Positions 1 through 14,371 of a stretch of DNA of 64,000 bases are shown one piece after another. The stretch comes from Octopus vulgaris (Eukaryota): contig OX597839.1 of assembly GCA_951406725.2 (NCBI GenBank), forward strand, positions 28,458,001 to 28,522,000, given 5' to 3'. A model generated the notes under the pieces. The model was not told the origin of the DNA. It saw nothing but the letters and a program-made list of their open reading frames with translations, and searched no databases. How positions within the stretch are numbered: the stretch's first letter is position 1; the number at the start of each line of letters is the position of its first letter. The position numbers and the translations under genes were made by a program.

Positions 1-712
1 GAGGTCATGGTGTCAGTCAGACCTGAAGGTGTCAGGTAATGCTGAGTAAGTGGTATGGATAGACCATAGTTAAGCTCCAGATTCAGTGATTATGCAAATA
101 AGGAGTCCAACGTAGGTCATATATCAGCATGTGTATACATAAAAAAAATTTTTCAGAATGAGATAAAAAGCCAAGGCTGTGAAGATTTTAGAACATTTAT
201 AAATAGAAGGTCTTACAGCTATTTCCAGAATATTTATTATATTCCTTCACTGGAGACAGTGTCAGAAAATGGTTAAGCAATAGTTAATTTAGATAAGATA
301 CGAAATAGAGAGTGAGGTGGAGGAATGAAAATAGATGTGAGATATACAGGGATATTGTATCTGTAGATCCATTATTTAGGCAGAATGGCATACATATAAG
401 ATTCCAATACCTTATGAGCAAAATCCAATAGTATTTAAAATTGGTCATTCCAAGTATAGAGTTTGTGTATACAAATACATTCCCTACTTTTAGGTCACTT
501 TAAATAAAACCCTTGATTCAATAGCACTGTGTACAATTTGAACTCAAAACATAAAGACAGACGAAATACCGCAAAGCATTTTGCCTGGCATGCTAACCAT
601 TCTGCCAGCTCGTCCTATATATATATTTGTCTGATTCATTTGAATTAAGGTATTTTAATTATAAGGACACCACCAGATCAGAATCGGAATTAGCATATCC
701 ATGTATATATCA

Positions 713-1227
713 CTAGCAGTATCGCCCGGCGTTGCTCGGGTTCGTAAGGGAAATAACTATATAAGCATTTTTAGAGAGTTACTTCCCTTATAGATGCCAA
801 TTCGGGCTTTCTTAGCCATTTCTGTTTTGGTGTCTTCAAGCCTTGAAGTCGTTGTTCTAAAAGAACGCTAGTCTCCTTGACAACGCTTTACGATGTTGAT
901 TTCCTTACACTCCCTTCCCCACAGCTTCACGAGGGAGGGAAGAAGGGGGAGAAGCAAACACAGGTGCAGGTGTGACCATGGACGCCAACTTCGCCGCCAT
1001 CGACACACGAAAAGTTATGCATTAAAATGGAATAATAAATGATGTTAAATTATTTTTAAAATCGTAGACTCATCGTAGACGCGCGCTAATAGCCAGACGG
1101 GCTCAATATGAATCACGACTATAAGATACCCGAATTTGGTTAAACTGCACCGCAAAATGTGGGAGGAGTTAGGAATCTAAATCGTAGGAGACAGACACTC
1201 ACACAACTAGAGTTTTATATATATAGA
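713..1227 (-). mobile_element. Non-autonomous Helitron
   Basis: On - strand: A|TC 5' end, subterminal hairpin CCCGAGCAACGCCGGG, CTAG|T 3' end, no TSD. Confidence 0.75.
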
Positions 1228-1961
1228 TGTACAGACACACACACACACATATATCAATGTATATACAGACATGACCTAACAGTTACATATACACACACAT
1301 GAACAAATTAATATACGCATTAATATACAAATTAATATACACTACAGATGTAGTGTTTTCATTAGGAAAAACACAAATGGGTTGCGCTTCACTACAGCTG
1401 TTTCAAACATGTTTTTTTTTTACAAATACACTGATTACATCATGTATAAAAAAAAAAAATTACTAAATCAATTTACAAGGTTTTGGCTGGGCCCAGTGCT
1501 ATAGTAGGAGACCCTTGTCCAAGATGCCATGCTGTGGGACTGAACCTAAAAGCTGTGAGATAGAATTGAGACAGACATATTGAAAGTTCAGAGAATGAAT
1601 TTATTATTCAAATAATAAAAGTTCAAAGTTCAAAAACTGATTTAGAAAGAAGTTTCTCACATGCCAAATATATGCAACTGACACTCGGCCTTCATATGTA
1701 TAGGCATGTATGCATACTTGCATACAATCATATATACATAAAACATACATACATATATATACATGCATATATACACATGCATATATACACACACACATAT
1801 ATATACAAACACATACATAGATATATATGTGTGTGCATGTATACATATATAATATATATATATATCTATATATGTATGTATGTATGTATATTTATATATA
1901 TATATATATATATACGTACACACACACACATATGTACCTAGATATACATAAATCTATACAT

Positions 1962-1997
<36 letters not shown>

Positions 1998-2290
1998 AAC
2001 ACACACACACACATATATATATTCAAGTATACTTACATATATGCAGATACTTAGATAAATAGATAGATACATACACACAACTACTACTACTGCTACGACA
2101 CACACACACACACATTCACCAACCTTGTTGTTTCTAATACGTTTTCTGTTCATAGAAGCATAAAACCAAACTGGCTGCAGGTCATCTTCTGCATCTGTGA
2201 ATTTCAGTTTAGACAATCATCAACTGAGAAACACAACAACTTTTATTACTGAACCAACAGGGACTAATCTCTGGCAGTATTTCACTGGTG

Positions 2291-2326
<36 letters not shown>

Positions 2327-4192
2327 CTATGTACATGACTGAGTGTGTGTATTAGGTGAGCAGTTTGTCGCCTTAACAGGGAAGCATTTGCCAGTCAACT
2401 CTCAACAAAAGGAAAGTCTTTGACAGAAACTCATTTAAAACTAGTGACAGTTGCATCTCCCATATTCTTTTAATCTTTCACTTGTTTCAGTCATTTGACT
2501 CCAGCCACGCTGGAGCATTGCCTTTAAGGGTTTTTTTTAGTCAAAGAAATCGCCCCACCCCCCACCCCCAGGACTTATTCTTTGTAAGCCTAGTACTTAT
2601 TCTCTTTTGCCGAACCGCTAAGTTACGGGGACATAAACACACTAGCATCGGTTGTTAAGCGATAGGTGTGTGTGGGGTGGATGAGCAAACACAAACACAA
2701 ATATATATATATATACATACACACAACAGGCTTCTTTCAGTTTCTTTCTACCAAATCCACTCACAAGGCTTTGGCCGACACAAGGCTATAGTAGAAGACA
2801 CTTGCCCACAGTGCCATGCAGTAGGACTGAACCCGGAACCATGTGGTTGGGAAGCAAGCTTCTTACTACACAGCCACTCCTGCGCCTATATATATATATA
2901 TAAACATACACACACACACACGACGGGCTTCTTTCAGTTTCCGTCAACGAAAAATCCTCTCACAAGGTTATGTTGGCCCAGGACTATAACAAAAGACACT
3001 TGGCCAAATTGCCATGCAGTGGGACTGAACCCAGAACCCTATGGTTTGGAAGCATGCTTCTTACCACACAGCCATGCCTGCACCTATAATTTAGGAATTA
3101 TACTGAATTGCTCCCAGAGTGATTTGAATACTCAATGACTTATTAATTAATCAATACATTAGCTAGTACATTAGTAAGACTCAGCAGTAAAGTGGTATTT
3201 CGTCTGCTGCTACGTTCTGAGTTCAAATTCCACCGAGGTCGACTTTGCCTTTCATCCATTTGAGGTCAATAAATTAAGTACCAGTTATGCACTGGGGTTG
3301 ATGTAATTGACCTAATCCCTTTGTCTGTCCTTGTTTGTCCCCTTGTAGGCAATAAAGAAATAAGACTCAGCAATACAGGGTGGCACGTAAAAAGCACCAC
3401 TCAAGCGTGATCGTTACCAGCGTCGCCTTACTGGCACGTGAAAAAACATTCGAGCGAGGTCGTTGCCAGTACCACTGGACTGGCTCCTGTGCAGGTGGCA
3501 TGAAAAAACACCATTTGAGCGTGGTCGTTGCCAGTACTGCCTGACTGGCCCTCATGCCATTGGCATGTAAAAGCACCCACTACACTCTTGGCGTGGTTGG
3601 TGTTAGGAAGGGCATCCAGCTGTAGAAACTCTGCCAGATCAAGATTGGAGCCAGGTGCAGCCATCTGGTTCGCCAGTCCTCAGTCAAATTGTCCAACCCA
3701 TGAAGCGGATGTTAAACGATGATGATGATGATGATGCACATCTATACCAGTAACTTTTTTAAACAATATCTTTAGCATACGTTTTTAAATAGCATCTCTC
3801 TCATTCGATTGAATACATGGAAATTCATCCTTTTCTCTGATGAGTGGATGTATTACCTAATAATCATCATCAATTTTGGATTTCATTTCGAAGGGTAATA
3901 CATTCATGAAACGATCGTAAGATATCTCAAATATTTTAAATAATCATACTTTATATATTTATCTATTAATACAATATTATTTATATACTCTTTTACTTGT
4001 TTCAGTCAGTTGACTGCGGCCATGCTGGAGCACCGCCTTTTTTTAGTCGAGCAAATCGACCCCGGGACTTATTCTTTGTAAGCCCAGTACTTATTCTATC
4101 GGTCTCTTTTGCCGAACCGCTAAGTGACGGGGACGTAAACACACCAGCATCTGTTGTCAAGCAATGCTAGGGGGACAAACACAGACATACAA

Positions 4193-4225
<33 letters not shown>

Positions 4226-5309
4226 CATACATATATACGACAGGCTTCTTTCAGTTTCCGTCTACTAAATCCACTCACAAGGCATCGGTCGGCCCAGGGC
4301 TATAGCAGAAGACACTTTCCCAAGATGCCACGCAGTGGGACTGAATCTGGAACCATGTGGTTGGTTAGCAAGCTACTTACCACACAGCCACTCCTGCGCC
4401 TATATGTGATTTTTTTTTATGTAATTTTTCTTGCTCTTACTCTAAGATATATAATCACTCTTATTAAATCTTTAAATCTCTAAATACCTTTAAGGTTTTA
4501 GACATTTCCCTACTAAGGGCACTTATTTGAAATTCAATATAATGTATTCTCATTGAATATATCTGATTAACTATGTATGTGTGTGTGTGTTAATGAGTCT
4601 TCCAAAATTAGCCACCAAGACTTATTAGATTGCCTTTGAAGAAAACCAAAGAATACCAAAGAGATCCTCATCATAAACTATGAATCCAGAAACACTTTCC
4701 ACTTTACAAGAACGAAGGACAACTCAGAATAATGAGTGTAAGATATAAGGAATTCACAATTGAGCATAATATATCTTTATCCCCATCGTCAGCTGCCCAA
4801 TCAGATATCATTATGGTTTCAACACCATTCAGTCTGGCTGTGTCCACAACATTAAAAATATAAATGCTGTCTGGGAATTCACCAGCTTGTTACAACTAGC
4901 TTAATGTGGTACTCAAGCCAGTATCTGAGGGATACGGGTTCGAGTCTTGCAGCCATCTGCTGGCAACTTTTTTTTATTTGATAAGTGTGAAATACCCAAT
5001 CATTCTGCTGTTTTCACAGCTATACTGCATTTGAAATATTACTTTCTTGTCTGTAAAATACTAAACACTTTCAAAGTTTGTTTATAAAATGTTGTTGCAT
5101 TCCAAAAGCTATAATTATTTAGAGTTGATATTGACAGTGACTGTTGTCAGTGGGTTGTTTAGCTTAATGGTAAAGTACTCAAGTCAGCATGTGAGGAATA
5201 TAGCTTCAAGTCCTGTAGCTGTCTGCTGGGAACTGTTTCCATTTTATAAGGGTAAAATACCCAATCCTTTCAGCTATATTGTGTCCAAAATTTACTTTCT
5301 TATCTATAG

Positions 5310-5838
<529 letters not shown>

Positions 5839-5985
5839 GAGTGTATTTTTACCTTGTTAACAATTAACACGGAAAAATAAATAAATAGTTACCAGGGCAG
5901 CAAAAATCTCACAAGTAAAGATGTTGTAACTATACAAATCCATCATTTTTGCTAAAATGTCGTATTGACGAGTTTCATTTTTTTC

Positions 5986-6071
5986 ACTTTCCCGAAGAGA
6001 AGATTGCATTGTTTATACCATTTATTCTTTTGAATAGTATCAGTGGAATTTTCGAAACATGTGTAGAAAGT
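5986..6071 (+). ncRNA. Type I hammerhead motif with long helix II (U4C variant)
   Basis: actttc-CCGAAGA-gaagattg...aattttc-GAAACATGTGTA|gaaagt; 6-bp helix I actttc/gaaagt, helix III ACA/TGT, GUA triplet. Confidence 0.5.
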
Positions 6072-6120
6072 AAAAATACTTGTTTAAACCTGCGTTAACT
6101 CAATTTTTTATTCATATATC

Positions 6121-6169
<49 letters not shown>

Positions 6170-6201
6170 GTATGTATATATATATATATATATATATACA
6201 T

Positions 6202-6238
<37 letters not shown>

Positions 6239-6856
6239 AATTAGAGAAAAACCACTTTTATGTAATTCAATATAAAGTTTTAATATTATAATATATATTT
6301 ATATTGTGAAATTTGATTTAATACTGAATTGAATTTTTCCCTGTAAGTTTGGAGTTATACTTCCTATTATTATTATTATTATTTGTATGTATGTATGTAT
6401 GTATGTATGTGCTACTGAGTGGAATCAGTGCATATTACTGGTATCATTCTTCATAAGTAGCACTCGGCTACATTCTCCATTTCAAGTTATCTTGTTATTA
6501 TCACTGACAGACTTCCACAGCATCAGTTTAAAACTTGGTTACTATTAAGCTTTTTATAAACCTCACATAAGGAATGGGAGTCCATTCTTCTCTGCTCTGT
6601 TTTTCTTTTTCTTCCTTTTTATTTATTCATTTATTTTGTTTTTGTTTTTATTGTTTCCTGTCTCTGTCTCATTCGATCTTTAAGCATGTCTCTCTTCGGT
6701 ACCTGAAGTAATTCTGCTATGTTTCTGTTAGTTATTCTATTGAATGCTAGTGAATCTACATTTTCTGTTGTTGCTGTTTGAACTGTTGACTTGTGGGTCT
6801 CCTGTGACTTTCAGACTTAATTTCTCTTTATTTTCCTTCTCAAATAACTGTATTAA

Positions 6857-6945
<89 letters not shown>

Positions 6946-7296
6946 AAATAAGAAAATAGAGAAATACATCTAAATCATTCATCAACTACCAGATAATACC
7001 CAATCACATACTTTATTAAACCACTACATAAGAACATTAGGGTTAAACATAAAAATATATAACAAAACAGCAGCGTACATGAATGAGTAATACAATACAA
7101 TAAGAACAATCATTATAAGAGGATATAAATAAATAAATATAAATAGATATAAATATAAATATACACTATATCTTACAATATATATATATATATAAATTTA
7201 AAATTAAATAAGGGTAGAAATTGATATTAATCAATTAAAACCAGTGGCCTAGCATATTTTTTTTTTAAATCCTAAGATTAAAAATTTTTTACATAC

Positions 7297-7480
7297 AAAA
7301 TTTAGAGGACTGACCACTAAAAAAATTAACAGCCTATATGCTATATATAGATGTCAAAATCGCCATTTTCCACGAAGAATGTGTTCTCAAGAAAACATTC
7401 TTCGTGGAAAATGGTGATTTTGACGTCTATGTCTAGCATATAGGCTGTCCATTTTTTAGTAGTCAGTCCTCTAAATTTTA
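7297..7480. repeat. ~85-bp-arm palindrome in an AT-rich context
   Basis: aaaatttagaggactgac...ttccacgaagaatgt / acattcttcgtggaa...gtcagtcctctaaatttt. Confidence 0.85.
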
Positions 7481-7489
7481 TATATATAT

Positions 7490-7798
7490 CACCGTGATCA
7501 CCATGACCGACCAGGCCATCAGATGTTGTTACACATCGCTGGTCACAATGCGCTTCGCATTGTTTTAGCCTTCAAATGACGCCACCCTGCTGGCTAAGCG
7601 AGCAGGCCAACAGAAGAAAGAGTGAGAGAAAGTTGTGGCGAAAGAGTACAGCAGGGATTGCCACCACCCCCTGCCGGAGCCTCGTGGAGCTTTTAGGTGT
7701 TTTCGCTCAATAAACACTCACAACGCCCAGTCTGGGAATCGAAACCACGATCCTACGACCACGAGTCCGCTGCCCTAACCACTAGGCCATTGCGCCTC

Positions 7799-7800
<2 letters not shown>
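7490..7800 (-). mobile_element. Same tRNA-Arg-like-head SINE, tail type A
   Basis: Head and body shared with 49610 but a different 3' tail; copies at 8453-8753 (-) and 40110-40395 (+). Confidence 0.8.
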
Positions 7801-7888
<88 letters not shown>

Positions 7889-7915
7889 TAATTCTTTAAC
7901 AAGAATAGTGTTTTT

Positions 7916-7956
7916 AGTGACTTCAACGTTTCAACCTGCTCAGCCTTCATCAGACT
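7916..7956 (-). ncRNA. Type I minimal hammerhead ribozyme motif (Penelope pLTR-like repeat)
   Basis: Minus strand: agt-CTGATGA-aggctgagcaggtt-GAAAC-gttgaa-GTC|act; core intact, helix I agt/act, GUC cleavage triplet, weak helix II. Confidence 0.6.
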
Positions 7957-9050
7957 GTCCAATGAAGACCAGTGGGCCAATATTTCAAAATCACTGTCAC
8001 TCCTTTTCTTGCAAGAGTACAATAAACATGTACTGAACTAAAAGTAAGCTGGACAGTTGTGGCATAGCCTTCCTTGCTACCACTTCCCCCATCTTTCTAT
8101 CTCAATCAACTCTTGAAAATCAGAAAAATCTGTGAAACCGGTTAAACCTTTAACAATAAACCATCTGAAAGACTCCGAGTGTATTTTCAACTTCTTTTTC
8201 CTATATTACTCCCCATGCAGAATAAAATAAATTTCTTATATATACTTATATAGTCAATTTAAATAAATGAACAATAAAATTAACAACAACAGACAACGAG
8301 GATGTGTACAAGGAACAGATTAGTTTGACGTTCTGTAAAAAGAGAGTATTTCTGACATTTCAAGCATAGCTCATTGTTGGAAAGGAGAAAGGGAAAAGTC
8401 CAAAGAAGGAAAAGAAATCACCAACAGCACAGTGTAGTTACAATATATATATCACTGTGACTGACCAGGCCATCAGGTGTTGCTACACATCGCTGGTCAC
8501 AATGCGCTTCGCATTATTTTAGCCTTCAAATGACGCCACCGCACTGGCTAAGTGAGCAGGCCAACGGAAGAAAGAGTGAGAGAAAGTTGTGGCGAAAGAG
8601 TACAGCAGGGATGGCCACCACCTCCTACCAGAGCCTCATGGAGCTTTAGGTGTTTTCGCTCAATAAACACTCAAAACGTCCGGTCGGGGAATCAAAACCG
8701 TAATCCTACGACCGCGAGTCCACTGCCCTAACCACCAGACCATTGTGCCTCCACACATTATATATATAAACAGATGTTATTAACTGGGGTTTGTTTGGGT
8801 TTTTTACCGTTGTGGTAAATGAAGAGTAAATGAAGAGGTCGTTTACTCTGTACTTACAATAAATTACCTCAAAGAATATATGACTGCATATATTCTTTTT
8901 GTTACCAGTTCATAGGAATATGGTGAGGCTACTTTGAATGTGGAACTCTGAGCATCGCATATATATCGATTTGAGTGTATGTGTGTGGGTGCTTTGGTGC
9001 ACGAATAAAATACATTCATTTATATGTGCGAGTATGTATGTATCTCTCTC

Positions 9051-9108
<58 letters not shown>

Positions 9109-9345
9109 AGTGAGTGGACAAATGAAAGAAAGGGCACTCAACACATTTATTGGGAGTTACGTATATTATTCAACAAAGTTTGATTTAGATTCTCAACCTG
9201 AGGGGAGGCCCCATTAGGGGCTTCAAAACTTGAAGTTGCATAAAATCCGAATCAAACTGTTTTGAATAATAATAATAATAATAATAATATATATAATATA
9301 TATATACTTTTTTCATAAAAGCTGCAAAAAACATCACAAAAAAAC

Positions 9346-9384
9346 GTGCTACTCAGAGTTTCACATTCCTGTTCATCAGGTAGT
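9346..9384 (-). ncRNA. Type I minimal hammerhead motif, same family as 16894
   Basis: CTGATGA-aca-ggaa-tgt-GAAA-CTCTGAG-TA|; intact core, 3-bp helix II, near-palindromic helix III; helix I degenerate. Confidence 0.55.
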
Positions 9385-10468
9385 TATGATACAGATTCTG
9401 TATCACAACTGCCCAACAAATGAGAGCGTGAAACTGAGTAATATTTTTATTTTTTTGTGATGTTTTTGCAGCTTTAATAAAAAAAGTATATTGCTCTGCC
9501 TTCGGTATTCGAGTACTATTTTTGTTTTGCATTTGTGCTTACTCATGTATGTATGTATATATATATGCAGTAAACTACAGTGTGATTGGTGTTCATAAAT
9601 GTGTTTGCAGAGGCAATAAGCCAATAAAATTGTTAACAGCATTTTGACTACTTTTACGTTCTAAGTTCAAATTCCGGTGAAGTTGACTTTGTCTTTCTTC
9701 ATTTTGTGGTCAATAAAATAAACACAAGTTGAGCTTTTGGAGGTCAAGGAAACTGAATGAATCCCTCACCCAAATTTGCTGGCCTTGTGCCAAAACTTGG
9801 AACCAGTATTTGTGTTTGCATCTATTGTCTACAAATAAAGTGCCGCTCCAACATGGCCACAGTCAAATGACTGAAACAAGTAAAAGAATAACAGAGTAAA
9901 AGAATGAAATATTCTTGTACATCATTTGTGGAACAAATATAATTTGTAACGGAACCATTCTCAACTACTGGATCGTCTGTCCATTCCAAGAGCTGATATT
10001 AGCATCAAGAGGGCTTTTGATGAATGTCTCAAGAGAATTCTTTTATATATTGTTTGTTTGTTCATTCATTTTAACATCTATTTTTCTGTGCTTGCATGAG
10101 TTAGATGGATATATTATCAAGGTATTGTTTTACAACTGTGTTCCCTTCCTGTTCCTAACTTTTACCTGTTTTCCAGGTGAAGAAACTCATATCTCTCATA
10201 TCCACAAACACAAGAGCAGTGACCAACAGCACAACACATAGTGACCTTCATACAGCACACAAATGTAAACACACACACACACACACACATATACAAAGAT
10301 AGGCTTCTTTCAGTTACCATCTACAAAATCTGCTTAGAAGGCTTTGGTCAGCCTGGGGCTATAGGAGATGAAATTTGCTCAAGGAGCTACATGAGGGACT
10401 GAACTTTTTAACAGTGTGCCTATATATCTATCTATCGATGCATGTGTGTGTGTGTGTGTGTGTGCATG

Positions 10469-10519
<51 letters not shown>

Positions 10520-12470
10520 TAATATACATATACATATAATATATATAGAAGTAAATATATGGTACAACGAAGTACCGATATTTACTGGAAAATAGCATAT
10601 ATTTACTTCTATGTATAATTTTCCCTCACGGGCTATTCTTTACTGGAAAGCAATACTCTCGTATTGCATTACTATTTTTATATATATAATATATATATGT
10701 GTGTATGTGTGTGTGTGAGTGTGTGTGTGTATCAGCATGGAAAATGGAGGTTAAATAATGATGATTAACTTTATACCTATGTTTCTATGCTAGCATGGGT
10801 TAGATGATTACTTTGTTTTGCAGCTGGATGTTCTACTTGTCACTAACCTTTACCCGTGTTTTTTTTAAATTAATGGACTATTTATTCCACTCATATTTGA
10901 AAGTGCAGAGCTTGCAGATGATTTGTTTACAGGAAAAATATCACCAACCATCACCGTTTATAGCTCAGTGCACAATGTAAACATTTACACAGCCACACAC
11001 CACACACACATATGTATTTGAATATGGTGCACAAATATGTGTGTATATGCATGGATGGATGGGTGTGTATATATATATATATATTCTGGTGTTGAACAGT
11101 GAGAATGAGGTTTCAACACTCATTGGTGGATAAATATTCATTATTTGTGGATTAACAGGGTTACCAATGGTTTCATGTGGAAAAGGTCTCCACAATTATC
11201 CAAGTGATCCAATAATGTATGTTGCTACTCATCTCTATTTAGGCATCCTCATCCAAAATGGAAACAAGTATCAACATTCCCTAGTGAATCACTTGAATAA
11301 TTGTGGAGACCTTTTTTACATGAAACCATTGGTCACCCTGTTAATCCACAAATAAAATATATACATATATATATTTGACATTTTTTATCAAATACAAAAG
11401 TACAAATGAATTTGAAATGTTATTTGTTATTGATTACGACTTCTGGTGATTGTCTGAGCCAAACCAAAACTGTTTTTGCTGACATAAGAAGATGCCCAGG
11501 CATATAAAGCACATCCCAGTTTCAGCAATGCAGATTTAGGGGAAAATGTTTTTACTGCATTAAAACATATGGGAGGCTCAACTTCAAATATAGGGCCCAG
11601 GGTGTGTTTTGACCCTTTTAAAAAAAAAAAAGGACATGTGTGTCTTATGTGCCATTAAATATGGTAAGTGCTTATTGGGGGGCGAGGGCGTGAGATGGAG
11701 AGAGAAGAGGGTAAAAAACAGGACAAAAACAATGAAAGGATTTCAGAGATGTCTGGGGTCAATGTAATTGACTTGCCCTCTGTTACCTTTCAAAATTGCT
11801 GGCCTTGTGCCAAAATTGGAAACCCGATTCTGCTGTGCAAGTATAATGCTAAAGGAGCCCTCATCCCTCCCAACAACCCTTACTCTGAGAAAAGGGAGGA
11901 AGAGAGGGGACGTGAATTTCAACCAAAAGCCAAATGAACTGACCTTCTGCCAGAATCACTGAACCATGGAGATGAGAAGGAGACAAAATATATTCAGAAC
12001 CCTGAAGCCTGTGGATACCCAGACACCTTAAAAATAAATAGACGCCGCCATTTTTGCAAGATTTATTTCTAAACAAAATAATATCATTTGATGCTTTAAA
12101 ATACCTAATCTAGTATTTAGTAGACCTGGCTTGTGTAGTAGTTTTTAATGATTTACTCCTCTTGGGGCATCGTACTAATGAGCAGTGTCTATTTACTTTT
12201 GAGGTGTATGTGTACACTGACCAACAGCCTCATCTCAGACCAATTGCTGTGAAATTGTGTCAGTGACCAGGTTGCAGAAAGCGTGATGAAAATTTTGACA
12301 TCAAATAAGAAATGATTAAGTGAAGTTGACAGTTTATTTATTTTTTTTTGTGTGTGTTTTTTTTTCTTTAATTAGCTAATATGTATCTTTCATGCTGTAA
12401 ATTATTAAAGAATTATTTTACTAAAAGAAAACCCTTTTTTTCTCTCTTTTTCTCTGTTGACTCTTTACAG

Positions 12471-12563
12471 ATACAACGGATGCAAGCTATGTTAACAAAG
12501 ATGCAGGCTCAACTAGAGACGAAAAACAACAGCAACAACAACCATATCGAAAGCAGCGCGTGA
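12471..12563 (+). CDS. SEPT2: Terminal coding exon of a septin-2 (SEPT2/Sep1 group)-like gene
   Basis: A strong polypyrimidine tract and ctctttacag acceptor precede phase-0 IQRMQAMLTKMQAQLETKNNSNNNHIESSA*. This resembles the septin-2 C-terminal coiled coil (LRRMQEMIARMQAQ in vertebrate SEPT2). No upstream exon was found in 1-12470, so the last intron appears >12 kb. Confidence 0.65.
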   Translation: MQRMQAMLTKMQAQLETKNNSNNNHIESSA

Positions 12564-12611
12564 GATGTGGTGGTGTTAATGGCGGACCAAAGAGGAGAGC
12601 AGCATACGCAT

Positions 12612-12644
<33 letters not shown>

Positions 12645-12813
12645 CACATACATGCAGATGCACTCACATACAGATAAATGCATAAACATATACGCACTTA
12701 ATATGCTTTAAGCATAACTGTGTGCACCGGCGTATCGAACTTCAGTCATCTGCGACACAAGGGCAGACAACTGAGGAAAGGAACATCTCTCTCTAAGTGT
12801 ATATGTTGCATCA

Positions 12814-12847
<34 letters not shown>

Positions 12848-13181
12848 ATGCGTGTGCATGCGTGTCTGTGTATCTACGTGCGTGTCTGCATGTTTGCCTG
12901 CATGCATGAGAGCAAGTCCGAACTGAATATCAAAACTTAACAATAAAAACATGGAAAGGGATATAAAAAAAAAAAAAATGACCCCCTTTCAAACTCCCTA
13001 ATCTTTTCAGTCTTCTTTACTACTACTACTACTACTACTACTACTACAAATACTACTACTATCCTTATTTTGGGGGTGGGATCGAAAAAATAATGTACCA
13101 GCCAAATTCTGGGGTTGGGTGAAATCAATTTGTCCCCTTCCCTTCAAATTTCTGGCCTTTTGCTATAATTATAAAAAATTA

Positions 13182-13224
<43 letters not shown>

Positions 13225-14050
13225 GGTGGCGAGCTGGCAGAATCGTTAGCACACCGGGCAAAATGCTTAGCGACATTTTGTCCGTCTATGTTCTGAGTTC
13301 AAATTCCACCGAGGTCGACTTTGATTTTTATTCTTTTGGGGTCGATAAATTAAATGCTAGTGAAACAGTGGGGTCGATGTAATCAACTAGTCCCCTCCCC
13401 CACGATTTCAGGCTTTGTGCCTTTAGTAGAAAGGATTATTATTATTATTATTATTAAGGTGGTGAGCTGGCAGAATCGTTAGCACACTGGAATGAAATCC
13501 TTAGCAGCATTTCATCTCCCAGGATCAATAAAATAAGTACCAGTTGAGTACTGGGGTTCATGTAATTGACTAGACCCCTTCCCCCAAAAAAATTTCAGGG
13601 CTTGTGCCTATAGAAGAAAAGATTATTATTATTATTATTGTGGATGTAAGACACCACTGAAATACTTCACATTTCCAAGTTCAAATCCCACCGCAGTCAT
13701 TTTTGCCTTTTATCCTCAAGTGGGTGGGGGCCACTGGCTCAAATTAAAAGACCAGCCAAGTACTGAAAATAAGATTTAATCAACAGTACTCCACCAGTGG
13801 CACCACCAACACCACCATCAAAATGCAAGGAATTGCATCCATGTTTGAAACCATTATTATTATTACTAATATTATTATTATTATTATTATTTACCGATAT
13901 CAGTTCTCTCCTCTTGCTCAATCCTTCGGTTCATTTCAAATATTCCAATTGGTGTCGCTGTTGTTCCAATAGAGAAACTGATATTCAGTGAGAAAATATC
14001 AAGCATGCAGGAGAAGTGAGGGCTTTAATATTTTACACCATTGATTTTAT

Positions 14051-14116
<66 letters not shown>

Positions 14117-14166
14117 TTATGATTCTCCAGCTAGCAATTTCTACTCTCAGACTGGGGCTTTACCTG

Positions 14167-14228
<62 letters not shown>

Positions 14229-14340
14229 ATATATGTATGTGGATAAACAGGAATATTTCTTCATATACAATCATAACAGATTCTACACGTTTCTTACATA
14301 AGCGTGCATGTTCAACACAATACTATATATAAATACATAC

Positions 14341-14371
<31 letters not shown>

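Noticed and set aside
2668-4483. Recurrent ORFs such as LLSVSFYQIHSQG...GLNPEPCG and MRNWYLIYRPRKDERQSR seen several times in the window
   Set aside because: They are chance frames of SINE copies with frameshifts between copies, not a gene family
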